Of a stretch of 64,000 nucleotides of DNA, positions 1 to 13,242 are shown piece by piece. The notes beneath the pieces were generated by a model that had not been told where the DNA came from, ran no database searches, and saw only the letters and a program-made list of their open reading frames with translations. The DNA is from Bigelowiella natans CCMP2755 (Eukaryota; Protista; Cercozoa), in assembly GCA_000320545.1 (NCBI GenBank), contig ADNK01001316.1:22663-86662 (forward strand). The letters run 5' to 3'. Each line of letters begins with the position of its first letter. Positions within the stretch are counted from its first letter, which is position 1. The position numbers were made by a program, and so were the translations under genes.

Positions 1-30
1 TTCTCTTTGGTGGATCGCTACAACGGTGTA

Positions 31-31
<1 letters not shown>

Positions 32-94
<63 letters not shown>

Positions 95-110
95 TGCACA
101 CACGCACGCA
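32..110. repeat. (CT)n-(CA)n compound microsatellite in an intron
   Basis: Directly visible tandem CT then CA repeats. Confidence 0.95.
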
Positions 111-255
111 CGCACGTACATACGAACTATACACATACATACGCGGGCAAATGATTTCATCCTCTAGTGTACACCTACGAAAGCATCTCTTGCACCAGTT
201 AGAGACTATAATTGTTGTTGTGACAGAAGTGGCGCTGTTGTGTACGCTACGTTAG

Positions 256-1258
256 GCACAAGCATTGCGAAAGCCCTGCATGGGTCCCTCGGGGAGCTGG
301 TTGAGAAAGAACTCAGAAACTTTTCCGGGGATAAGAAAAATCGCGTGGGAAGTGGTGTAAATGGGGGAGGAGAAAGGACAACAATGGAATTTGAACGCAA
401 GGCAGCTGTTTCGCAACATAGCAGTACGAATGACATGGCAATCCATAATGACCTGGAGCAGCCGCCAGCCGCCCCTGAGTTGACAGAACGAGAGATTGAA
501 TTACTCCTCAAAGATTTGCAAGAAGCTATGAGAGAAGACCCGCTGTACCAACAGTGTCTTCGGTATGAGAAAGAAGAGGCAGAAGCGATTGAAATCGAGG
601 TGGAGGGATATTTGAAGGTTGATTCTTTGTTATGTATGTTTGCCTGCAGCAAGCAACAGCGGTTCCATAAAACACTTATCATGATGATGACGACGACGAG
701 GAAGACTCACTCATCAGCAACTTAGTAATGTGCTTTCTAACATCAACTAAAAGGATCAAGCAAAGGCTGCGGAGCAAATCGAGGCGGAAGTAATCTGTCC
801 TTTTTGCAGAAAATGCAACTGGAATATAACCAACACAGGGCGCAAGACCTCCGTTGTATCTTGCCGATGTGGATTGAAGGTTGAATTGAATGTAGTAGCG
901 ATGCAAGGGCGAGGGACAGTGATATCAACGGCTGAGAGGACATCCTTCTGTTGTTTGTGTCGGCTGTTCAGATAGAGACTCCTATGGCCAAGCCTGAAGT
1001 CTTTAGAAAGTTTCTGGCAGAGGCTATTGGAGGTCATGGAAGAACCTGCTTCAAACCTCCCACCTTTCTCGGTAGTAGCACCCACCGCCGTTGCCGAACG
1101 CATCATTACAACTTTATCGATTGCTTGCATCCTCTCTCTGAGCAGAATCTTTTCCCTCTTTTTGTTTTCCAGCATGCAGGCAACGGCAGCAACTGCTTCT
1201 ATGTTGCAACGCGTGCAGAATACAGCGGAAGATATTCGATTGTCGTGTTTTATGTTGA
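256..1258 (+). CDS. RPA-interacting protein (RPAIN/RIP)-like, 3' exons; 5' end lies upstream of the window
   Basis: Exons give LTEREIELLLKDLQEAMRED (middle helix), VICPFCRKCNWN...VSCRCGL (~783-870), EAIGGHGRTCFKPPTF and LLLCCNACRIQRKIF (stop TGA 1256-1258). The CxxC / CxC / H-C-P-F / CxxC pattern matches the RPAIN C-terminal zinc domain. Confidence 0.7.
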
Positions 1259-1386
1259 AAATTAAAAATAATAAATGAAGATAGCGTGTAGCGAATGTGG
1301 GCTCATTCACTTATGAACGATGAACGCGGCAAAGCAGTTTCAAGTTTGCAATGTTTATGGAGACACGTGCGTTACTGATTATATAA

Positions 1387-1424
<38 letters not shown>

Positions 1425-1740
1425 TGCCCATGCTATATGCTAGCATGGTACATACTACACCACACAGCAATTCAAGGCGATGAACTTGCTCGCCTTGAGT
1501 CGCGTGTGTGATGCATGAGCTACACATGGAGCACACTACTAGACTAGCACATACCAGTGTGGCGTGACATCCATGTGATGCACATATGCATGCTAGCATG
1601 TTATATCAGCCACATGCGCGAGGTCGATCGCTGATCGTGTACGCTGTCTAGCTGTGCGTTGCACGTGTAACACGCGCTGTGTGACCCTGCGGCCGTATAT
1701 AATAAATGCGTGCATGTAAGACGTATACGGCGGACAGACT

Positions 1741-1788
1741 AGCGGATGTCATGTATGTGTTGAATCTGTTCAAAATTGTCATCGATCC
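1741..1788 (-). repeat. Dispersed ~50-bp bipartite element, copy 1
   Basis: Reverse complement GGATCGATGACAATTTTGAACAGATTCAACACATACATGACATCCGCT; the first 15 nt are identical to the copy at 53006. Confidence 0.75.
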
Positions 1789-2227
1789 CAATGATGTAAT
1801 AGCACTTGCAAAACTGCGCGGCTCCAGCGCTCAAGTTAGCCACTATATGGCTAAAGCACAACAATAGACATACGTATATATCATATATATTATATATACT
1901 GTGTCTATAGTCACATGCCCATGCTAGCATGCAGCGTTTACTTCTTACAAATCTTAATGTAGTGACACACATCTAGACATGGCTGTCAATGGCTAGATGG
2001 CGTACCGCGGCTGTTAGCTAGCTAGCATTACACTAGCGATACAAGCTAGCGCATGCGTGGCACATATCTAGTGCGTTCTATAAATATTTAATTAAGGCGT
2101 AGCATGGCAGTAGGAGGGGCTACAATCAATAGTATGAATTGAAAATATGTAGCACGACTGCATCGTACGTGCGTACCGTACAGCGCATCTAAATCAACAG
2201 TGATACTTGCCATTATATAAATTCATT

Positions 2228-3564
2228 CTAAATTCTGAAGGTCCCTATCTCAGGGTCTGAAGATGCTATGTCTCGATCATTCAGCGCGTAATCATACCTG
2301 GGAATAACATAACCAAATTTACAGGAATAGACATAAATGCAAGTAAGCGTAGCTGCTCGCACGGCACAGATTTAATATGATCCCACCCGGTTTCGTGCAG
2401 CGTATCAACTGGAAGGCACCATAATAGACGGGACTGGAGTGTTTACGATGTCCGTTAATTACATGAATCGTGGTCAGGAAGTGCATAATTATGAACAATG
2501 AAAAGACGAGATTGGTTGCGGATTAGTAACATGAAGAGCAAAACATGCCTTGCCAAAGACCGCTTCCCAGTTTTTCCGATAGCCTTGCGAGTACTGTAAA
2601 TTGTTCGGTTAGGAGCGAGCAACAGAGGGAATCTTCATTGTCTCTCAATCGCAATGCGTCGATTTCATATGGGATCGTCACAATCTTCTTTCGCAGCATC
2701 AACATCATATCGCCGTGATCTGTGTCATCTTCTTTTTGTTGTTTTCGTCGTTGTTTCATCGGATGATACCGGAGATCTCATCCCATGCATCTCAGCCAAT
2801 TCGATGGTAGTCTTTGCCATGAGAACCAGCACCAGATGGAACCCGAGGAAGAATATCAAAGTCACGCCTGGCAGTTGTATCGTGATCCGAGGGGTTATCA
2901 GTGTTTCTGCCGGTTAATCGTGGGTAGATGGTGGCTAGGAAATCTATCCGCAAGAGAACTAAGGATGTGACTGTTTAAAAAAAAAAGAGAGAGAATCTTG
3001 AGCAGTTACCGAAGGACAGCGTTATCACGCATACAATAGCCTCAAGTCCGCTCAATCGCCGCTGCATCCCTGCCAGAGCTATGGAAAAAGGGAATGGGGA
3101 TATAGACCAAATGCACAAATCTATTTAAGAATTGGGGATCGATGAACCTTGAGAACCCCTAGATGCAATGGATAACCCATTATTTAGAGGACAACTGTTT
3201 TTTTTTTTTTTTTCACCATTCTGCTTCCGTTCTCTCCCGGCAGCAAAAGCATAGGGTAGGGCCCATCATTTGTTCGTTGATGCAGTACCTGAACGCCTCA
3301 CAGACGTACCAAGCAGCCCATAGATGATCGGAAAGATCCGGGTAGCATATATCCCAATCGTCTGCGATTGTTGCGGTTCAGTTCCATTATCATCACCATC
3401 ACTATCACTATCACTATCACCATCATCATCATCGTCGTCATTATAAAAGTTGTCATCGTCGTCGTGAGAATCGGTGGCTGCTGTTACCATAACTGCGTAG
3501 AAGATAAAGAGAAGAAAATATTTGTAGTTTCTCAATCCCACGCAGTTTCCAAGCCAAGGGCCTA

Positions 3565-3607
<43 letters not shown>

Positions 3608-4075
3608 GTTACATAAAATACAAATGCGTGAGTGTACATAACTGCCAATCAACCATCATCCTGTAGCAATCAAGCATCAACGTCGTCATCACAATCACAC
3701 CGTGATAACATCTTCGTATCGCCATCGTCGTAACAACTCATCATGAGTGAAGGCTACTCTGTAGCAATCATTCTATATACTACTGATGGCCTACAATGGT
3801 GATCCATCTTGAGAACACACTCCCCGCAGACGGAGCAATGGTGTGCCCTACGGGGCTTTACCTGACCAGTAGGCAACAGAAGAATGTGTCGGCGTTCATC
3901 ATTCTCTAACTGTGCTTTACATGGCGTGTGCCTATCACCTGGTGGCATCTTCTACATCGGGGAAATTGTTCGTAGAAAGCTGCATCCTCGTGTATGGTAT
4001 TGTTGCTGATGCTGATGCTGCTGCTGCTGTTGCTTCGGGGATCTGATAGGAGGAGTTGATGATGATGACAACAAC

Positions 4076-4106
<31 letters not shown>

Positions 4107-4745
4107 GTGATAATAATAATGCATGAATGTAGACGATTTCTAAGACGACCGAAAGGATATACCACATCTTCTATAATGTCCTTTTTAAAAAATTGGAAGT
4201 TCCTTTTTTGGAACACCAAATTCTTGTTCCATGTTAAATTTCAGCCTACTTCGTATTCTGCCCGACTCCTCATTGCCATTTCCATGGGGTGAACGTCCCT
4301 TCGTCGTATCTATGAGCTACTCGCCGCGTACAAACCATAACAAAACGTGGACGAATCAAAATATGGAGAAGCAATGCAGTTACTTGCTGCATGGTGTGTC
4401 AGCAGTGTGTCGCATAGATGCAATATCAGCCAGCAAGCAAATGATCACCTGCATCCTCGTTGCAATATCTATATCTGGAATGGGGTTTCGCCGGACTGAT
4501 CGATAGGATGATGAAAACAACAAGTGAGTTTGAGCTGCTTCATCTGCTGATGAGAGAAAATGGTAGCAGTAAGCTGCAAATCGATATTGCTGCTGCTGGA
4601 TAGGATGATAACCTGCAGACGATGTGATCACACACCGAATATAGCTAACAAGAAGTAGCGACAAGGATGCATGAAAAAGGGCCACGAGTAACCTAAATAT
4701 GTATTTGATCAAACATACCACATCACCATTATCATCATCATCATT

Positions 4746-4780
<35 letters not shown>

Positions 4781-5246
4781 TATCATCACCACCACCACCG
4801 CCACCACCACCACCACCACCAACACCACCAACACCACCAATCACCACTTCACTACCAGTCTGAAATACTGTACAGAGCACGTGCTGGATCATGAATGCCC
4901 ACCACAGTGAACGTGAAAAAATGCCTTATTCAGGGGACGATCATATTATAAGCAAGAAACAGTTTTTATTGCGATGATATACAATCGAACAAATGAACAA
5001 GAACGCATATGAACCTTCGAAATTGCTCGTCAAGTGGATAAAATGTTTCCACCGTCAGGATGTTTGACAGGAAAGCACAGACAATTAATCACCATGACCA
5101 AGCAAGTTTTATGTTTACCAATCAAACATTATGAGCGAGAGGACTAAAACAACGGGAAGGCCCAAGATGAGTCTTTTGATCAGACAGACTGCCTTGATGA
5201 AGCGCGAACGCATCGAGACTGGTCTGAAAGCCATCCGGTCTGCCAT
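2228..5246 (-). CDS. DHHC-type protein S-palmitoyltransferase (multi-exon)
   Basis: Spliced [29 protein letters not shown]|[23 protein letters not shown] (intron splits DHHC at ~3796/3563), TM1 [32 protein letters not shown] (TTxE motif), [15 protein letters not shown]|SRLLWCLP. Stop TAG 2228-2230. Start ATG uncertain (5246 or up to ~5426). Confidence 0.9.
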
Positions 5247-6001
5247 CTTGTTGGAAGCAGTGAACGGTGATCCTATTTCCACTTGCGACAAAGGATATTT
5301 ATTGTCGCTACTAGAAGGAATTCTGAAATTTTTGGTAGTTATGAAGAAAATAAAATGCTGGGTTGAAACTCGAACAAAATTGTTACTCATGCAATTCATC
5401 ATTGTTGCTCGTTGTTGGCTCACCTCCATGCGACAGCACACATGCACATTGCCTCCCGCCCACTGTGCTAGCTCAGCGTGCAAGCATTTCTAGATTTGGA
5501 CATGTTCACAATGAATTGAATGCATGGTGAGTAGGTGCATTTCTGATGATCATTTTGTGGGATCACTAGCTTGGTGCACTGTAGCTAGCCTGGCTAGCTG
5601 GTAGCATTCATCATTGCATCCTGCGCTAGCGCCAGACATTGTAGCATGTCGCATGTCTAGATGTGTCTAGCACAACTGACAAGCTAGACTAGGTCACATC
5701 ATTAAAACTGAAGCTCGTGCAGTTTGCAAGTTTGCAGCAGCGACGATTCATCGATGTAGTCATTTCGCGTTGTGCATCTGCGCGCATGTCGCAGCTAAGC
5801 TTCACAGAAGAATGTGAGATGTCTAAATGTGGGCGACTGCTAGAATGTTCTATGAAAATGTAAATCATTCAGAAGACAAATTGTAACAATCCTAATTTTT
5901 CAATCACTCCCTAGTTAGAATGACAGAAATATATTGTGCTCCTTCATATCTCTGCAATACGAGAAAAGGCCTTCTTGGCGCCAAGCCAAGAACCCAGAGC
6001 T

Positions 6002-7223
<1,222 letters not shown>

Positions 7224-7751
7224 ATGACGAAAGAGATATGGGACGAATCCAATCACGACGGCGAGGCGAGCTGCGTTGATGAAAATACTAGTCGTATTCT
7301 TATGATGAAGGCATGGTCACATGGACAAATAATTGCTGCCTTTCAAGGCCTTTTGTACGGATACTGGGCATTTGTTGCGGCAGATATGTCAGGGCTTGTT
7401 CGTTTGTATCTTCTCGTAATGGCTTGCTTCCTACCAGTTTGGACCATGACATCCTGGTCAGCAATGCAGAAAACAAATCCAAATCCATACCTTATCCTCA
7501 CTTTCGGCTTTGCATTGGAGATATCATACGTCTTAATCCTAACGATAGCCGTCATGCGAAACAATTTGCTGGCAATAGTTTTTACATCACTACAAATGTT
7601 CGAGACCTTGGCGTACCTATCCGTTGTCGCGTACTTCCGCAAATCATTGCTCCGTCAAGATAATCAATATAGAAGGCCCGTCGAGGCTTCGTTTGAACCT
7701 ATAGATCTTGAATCCCCTTTTGGGGATGAGCGGAGAGAAACGTCGGTATAG
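7224..7751 (+). CDS. Orphan ~4-TM membrane protein, intronless, 175 aa
   Basis: Uninterrupted ORF from ATG 7224 with four hydrophobic segments (IIAAFQGLLYGYWAFV; LYLLVMACFLPVWTM; YLILTFGFALEISYVLILTIAV; LLAIVFTSLQMFETLAYLSVVAYF) and acidic termini. Family not recognised. Confidence 0.7.
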   Translation: MTKEIWDESNHDGEASCVDENTSRILMMKAWSHGQIIAAFQGLLYGYWAFVAADMSGLVRLYLLVMACFLPVWTMTSWSAMQKTNPNPYLILTFGFALEISYVLILTIAVMRNNLLAIVFTSLQMFETLAYLSVVAYFRKSLLRQDNQYRRPVEASFEPIDLESPFGDERRETSV

Positions 7752-8324
7752 GCCTAGAACACCACTTTCGTGGTGTGATATGTATAGAAGAGCAGCATGA
7801 GTTCAATGTATTCCTTTACAGAATGTTAACCGTAGTTATCTTATCCTGATTCAGTAATATTAGAAAGAAAATCAATGAAAGTACGTAAGGCTAATCTCGC
7901 TCATGATACTAATTCATTATTCATGAATAACATTTTATTTAGCAGCATGCTGTCATGCCATTTTTGCCACCATGAGTAGTATGTATGTGCATTTGATTGA
8001 GTAAGATTACATGGTCTTATTAGCATTAATTTATTGTGAAATACTGCGCTGCTCTAGCTAGCTAGTACTGAGTAGAGATATGTACAAAGCGCTATGGAAT
8101 TACAGCGCAAACCGCATCTAAAGCTTGACGCTAAGATCGCTTGTTTCGGCCTTCTGCGGTATATGCTCCCAGCTTTGGTACAGTCATCGTCGTCATCTAG
8201 CCATAGTATCTCGGGCATATCGTCTAGATATCCTGCGCACGCACCGGACCTTCACTTGGCACGTGCGCTACATCGCATCACATGCATGCTAGCATGCAGT
8301 GTTATAATGCCGCTGCATTGTATA

Positions 8325-8379
8325 GCTACATTAGGATGACCATTGAAAAAATTTAAACATTTCATTACATCCGTCTCAT
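8325..8379 (+). repeat. Dispersed ~50-bp bipartite element, copy 2
   Basis: GCTACATTAGGATGACCATTGAAAAAATTTAAACATTTCATTACATCCGTCTCAT. Confidence 0.9.
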
Positions 8380-8758
8380 AATGCTGCTGTAAAAATAAAA
8401 TAAGCGACTACCGTACAGTCGCTTTCAAAGTGAAACATATGAAAGTGATTACTGTCTAGATATGTAAAGCTTAATCTTCATGTAGGCAAGCTTGATATAA
8501 CGTACAATGAGGGAGCTTCACTTGCACGTGTGATCGATGTGAGACGTGTAAACACAGAAGCCGTCAACGTGCAAGCGAGCCACAACAAGCACTAGCGCTG
8601 CGATGAGGGATGCTGTTAGATTTTTTATCAATGGTTGACATTGAGTCATGCGTTGATCATTAGCGCGTGAGACGGCCGCGACTTTTGCATCTAAATAACG
8701 ATCGAATGCTACGCAAGGTTTTGGGAACAGATATACAGTACATATCAACAATTTCACA

Positions 8759-8811
8759 GCTACATTAGGGTGATCATTGAAAAGATTTAATCAATTCATT
8801 ACATCCGTCTA
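8759..8811 (+). repeat. Dispersed ~50-bp bipartite element, copy 3
   Basis: GCTACATTAGGGTGATCATTGAAAAGATTTAATCAATTCATTACATCCGTCTA; direct repeat of copy 2, 434 bp downstream. Confidence 0.9.
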
Positions 8812-8881
8812 ATATCAACGATTACTTTCTACATTGAAAGCCGATTTTATGTTTAATTGAATCTCATAACAAACCAAAATT

Positions 8882-9267
8882 TCAGCTCAAATCCCTCACT
8901 TCTTCTTCCAGTGATACAGCAGCATCTAGATCAGCAGAATCCAGGTCGGCATCCATTGCGTATCTGGGAATCACCTGTACAGCATGGAATAAGTCGTACT
9001 TACAATATGCTTAGGATCGTATGGAAACGAAAAAGGGTTGAATGCTGCTCTCTGTCTTCGCGCAATTCTTAACATGGGACAATGTATGATGTGATCCACA
9101 TCTGACAGCTATAACCCCACACTCTAACCTTGAGGGGTGCAGAACGGAAGTTGCGACAGTCTGGGTCATGGCATTTTTGGTATACCTGTAGTAGCAATAC
9201 ACAGCAACACCCAGCATCAGCACAAGAAGAAGCAGAAGAAGTAGTAGCAGTAGTAGAAGAAGAAGAA

Positions 9268-9307
<40 letters not shown>

Positions 9308-9731
9308 CAGAAGAAGGTGGTGGACGTAGGGAGAACTTATTAATGATCGAAAAGCAAGAAATCATCAGTCTAGCCTCTCGTCTCTGCTGTTTCCTAAGTA
9401 TACTGTCTTACGATTCCGTCTGGTAACGTCGCGACGAAGTATATGCCATTTGACTTGTGCTCGCGTCCTAATGTAGCACATCCACTTGCGTGATTCTTTA
9501 TTTCACCGAATCTGTGACGTCTTTGCGTGCAGCTATGACTTCAGAGCGACAACCCAGTCATTCATTCCTCAAGTTCTAATGAAAAGCATTCTCACTACCG
9601 ATATTCGAGCAGTATCTGGAACCGCCTATCCCGTAGCAAATCGTCACTTTTTTCCCATCGATCATCGTCTTCTCATTGCCAGCATTTTCCGAAACCTTGT
9701 TGATCGATAATATTAGCTATTCTTGTGCAAT

Positions 9732-9769
<38 letters not shown>

Positions 9770-9871
9770 GTGTGGCCATAAGTATTCTGCCGTTGTTCAT
9801 TCGTGCAACTATTTCGCTCTTATACAAGTTTATATCCGCACATTAGCGCTTTTATTTCCGTGTATACTGTC

Positions 9872-9911
<40 letters not shown>

Positions 9912-10856
9912 TACTTCCACCGAATACTACGTTCTAGCACGATAAGAGCAAATACCATCACATGCTTGGACTTCAAGTACGCACTGGATCTGAACCTAAA
10001 AACGTCGAATCTTGTGAGTTCGCCTGACGAAGTGCACCCCCCCGTTACCCCGCCCTGTTTCTTTGTTATAGATTCTAATCTGGATTGTTATGATCGCTGT
10101 TTCGTCGTTGTTCTTGCCAGGCGTATTGTGGATGTAGCAAGTGGGGTCGTCATCGGGTGATACCATTAAGACAATCGAGATAACATATAGTTCAGCACGG
10201 ACAAAGGAGGCGGCTACGAGACTACGACGACGACGACGACGACGACGCCTTTGTTACTTGGTTGCTTCCGAAAGGACGTATTGGTCCACGAGTGGGTACC
10301 TTGATGGTCATGTGCAGAATGGGGAAGATAATAATACCCAAATACAATGAAAGAAGAACAAAGGGCTGGATGAGTTCATATTCAAATCAAATTCAAACAG
10401 CATTCTTATGAGCTCAACGCTGCCAAACCCCCCCCCCCCCCCCCCCCCCCCTCTCTCTATCTACAAAAGACTACTTGGAATCGGCTGCTGCAAGTGTTGC
10501 TGAAGATGACGTTGAAACAAGAGTGTGGTTACTGCGACTTCGACTTTTCCCTGGTACTACTATCTCCTCCTCCCTCCAATGCACAGGTCCTTTGTTCCGA
10601 TTATAATAAGATGGGGAGGGGTCTTTGCACGTTAATACAGCGACACGGAGGCAACGACCTAGTGAAAGGCCGGGGGAAGGGGGGGGGGAGGGGGGCAGGA
10701 GAATCAGAAATTATCATCTACACGAAATGTAGCAAAATGAAAAACAGACGTAAACATGCAAATACTATGCGTCGATTCATTCACACATATTCATCTGAAT
10801 TGAAAGAGCCGTTTGACGATTAAGTAGGTACGTTGCACTCGCAGGTTATCATCATC

Positions 10857-10890
<34 letters not shown>

Positions 10891-11094
10891 CCATTAATGA
10901 AAATGAGAGAATAGAAGCCGATGGCAGTGAATGAGTACGTTATTGCTCCCGATCTAACACCCTCCTCCTTCCCCTCCTCCTCCTCCCCCTCCTCCTCCTC
11001 CTCCTCCTCCTCCTCCTCCTCCTCCTCCAACTAATACCACTATTACTACCTTGTACTCTTAGTTGGATCGACTGGTGCTGGTGCTGCTGCGTAT

Positions 11095-11128
<34 letters not shown>

Positions 11129-12405
11129 GGTGGTATTGCTATTCTTTATGTTATTACTGCAACTATTACTACTACTACTACTACTGCTGCTGCTGCTACT
11201 GTGCATAGCATAGACGCTACTCTCCCTCGGAAAGTCACTTCCCCCACCGCCTTCATTTTCATTAAACGTTCCACGAGTTTGCCTTTGACGTACTGGTTTG
11301 GGTGCTGCTTTGTCGTCAGTCTTAGTCGTTGTCGTCATCGTGGTGGTGGTGGAGGCGGGTAGTGAGCATCTGCTGCTGCTGCTGCTGCTATTGCCACTAC
11401 TAGCGTTCTCGTCACGTGCCTGTATCATGGGTTTGGCTGTTGGGAGCGGCTGGTCGGCAGCATCGTGGACCTTTCCTCCGTCGAGAAGGCTATTAGTCGT
11501 TGCGCTGATATGCGTAATTAGCGATGAATAGAACAGCTCTTCCGAACCTGCAATGCTGTCAGCACGACGGAGTATGACGACGCAGTATGCAGGTCAGGCT
11601 GCTGTCATCACATGCATAAAACCTCACAGCAGCAAATCAACCCAAGTAGAATAGTAGAAGCCCTCTTCTTGGTTATATTATGAGGATGATGATGGTGATG
11701 GTGATGATGATCACCTCTTGCCCGGGCGGATTCGAAAGGAATTCATCTGTATCAGCCATGCACGACATCAATAAGAACAGCAGAATAGCAAGCCTGGCAA
11801 AAATTCACCAATCAACTACCTCAGACAGTCTTAAAAAACGTTTTTTCATGAGTTTCGTGGAGAAGAGCCTTTGTATGGACACAAAACAGGAGCTGCACTT
11901 AGTTCGTAGTAGTCGAAATACTAGTACGATTACTACTACTACTAGTAGTTGTTGTTGTTGTTGTTACAGTATTAGTTGTAGTCGATAAAGGAATCGACAA
12001 GAAGCAGATCAATTTGTTTGTTGAGGCTTTAATCACAGCAAAGGTGATAGAAGCCGCAGCATGAATTTAGAGGCAGCAGAGGGAGACGGCATTACATCCT
12101 GAAGCATCGATTTCGCGTGTACACCCCTTCGTCGATAAAGATTTCCCTTCTCTCCCCATCATCCTAATGACCAGAGAATGCAGTATCATATTCGTCATCA
12201 TTGTCATCACGTCATCATCGTCGTCAGGTACGCCTTAGTCATCATAAGTTATCATATAACCAAATCATCATCATCGTCATCATCATCATCATCACCAATA
12301 TTCCACTTACTTTGCTCTTGTGCGATGTATTTACAAACAACTCAGCGACTGTTTCGTCCGTCTAGAATAAGCGCACGTATATGTATATATACATTATACA
12401 TAAAT

Positions 12406-12448
<43 letters not shown>

Positions 12449-13198
12449 ATTCAGAGTAGCATCAAGATACAATGTTTGCAGCGCTGTTTAGTATGTTTTC
12501 GTCCTCCCTCTCCTCCTCCTTCTTCTTCTTCTTCTCCCCCCCCCCCCCCCCTCCTCTCCTCTCCTTTTTTGCGTCTTCATATTCATCTTCTATCTGCCTA
12601 CCTGCTTCTTGTCGCGTATGTTACCAACTAACCTCTTCACAAAAGCACCTAAGACGACAACAACAGCAGCACCAACGACGGAATATACTATATACACTAT
12701 GGTTGAATATAAAAATAACCATGATTAAATAAATCTATTCAACTGCCTATTAATGAATGGTGATGATGATGATCGCATTAATGACGACAATGAAGAAGAA
12801 GAAGAAGAAGAAGAAGAAGAAGAAGAAGAAGGCAACAACCCATGTGCCTGTTGTCCAAGAACACCTACCAATGCACGTTATATAAGCGTTTCATGGGAGA
12901 GGGGGAGAGGAATCGTGTTAATAGAACGATTACAAAGTACCGCTCCCATATGGCAGATGAGATGCCGCGAAAATTTGTCTTCGGTAGAGGAGTCCAAGTC
13001 TAGAATCCCATCATCGTTTAACGTTATCTGATGCTCTCTCATCAGTTCCTGGGGAGGAGGAGGAGGAGGAGGAGGAGGAGGAGGAGGAGGAGGAGGAAGA
13101 GGAGGAGGGGGGGGAAGGGCAGAATGTAGAGGGCAAAGGTCTAAGCGCCAGTATACTTTTCATCGGCATCGTGGTCGTCGAGTACTCGAATATACATA

Positions 13199-13242
<44 letters not shown>

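Noticed and set aside
8127-8165. GCTAAGATCGCTTGTTTCGGCCTTCTG resembling the U2 snRNA 5' end
   Set aside because: The order of words is wrong, and the branch-pairing GTGTAGTA and Sm site do not follow.
8403-8425. 8-bp hairpin AAGCGACT-N7-AGTCGCTT downstream of element copy 2, a possible Helitron 3' end
   Set aside because: The nearest CTAG is ~30 bp away, and no equivalent hairpin follows the other copies.
8325-8811. Two direct repeats 434 bp apart considered as a CRISPR array, LTRs or box C/D snoRNAs
   Set aside because: Only two units, no TG..CA/PBS/PPT, no RTGATGA/CTGA box pair; better explained as copies of the dispersed element.
9455-9470. GCTACATTAGGA at a PrimPol splice acceptor, matching the left flank of element copies 2 and 3
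   Set aside because: A 12-nt match only, with the rest of the element absent; likely chance.
10940-11428. Poly-S/T/Q/R ORFs, here and throughout the window
   Set aside because: They are translations of intronic trinucleotide microsatellites; some may be partly exonic, but this cannot be shown from sequence.
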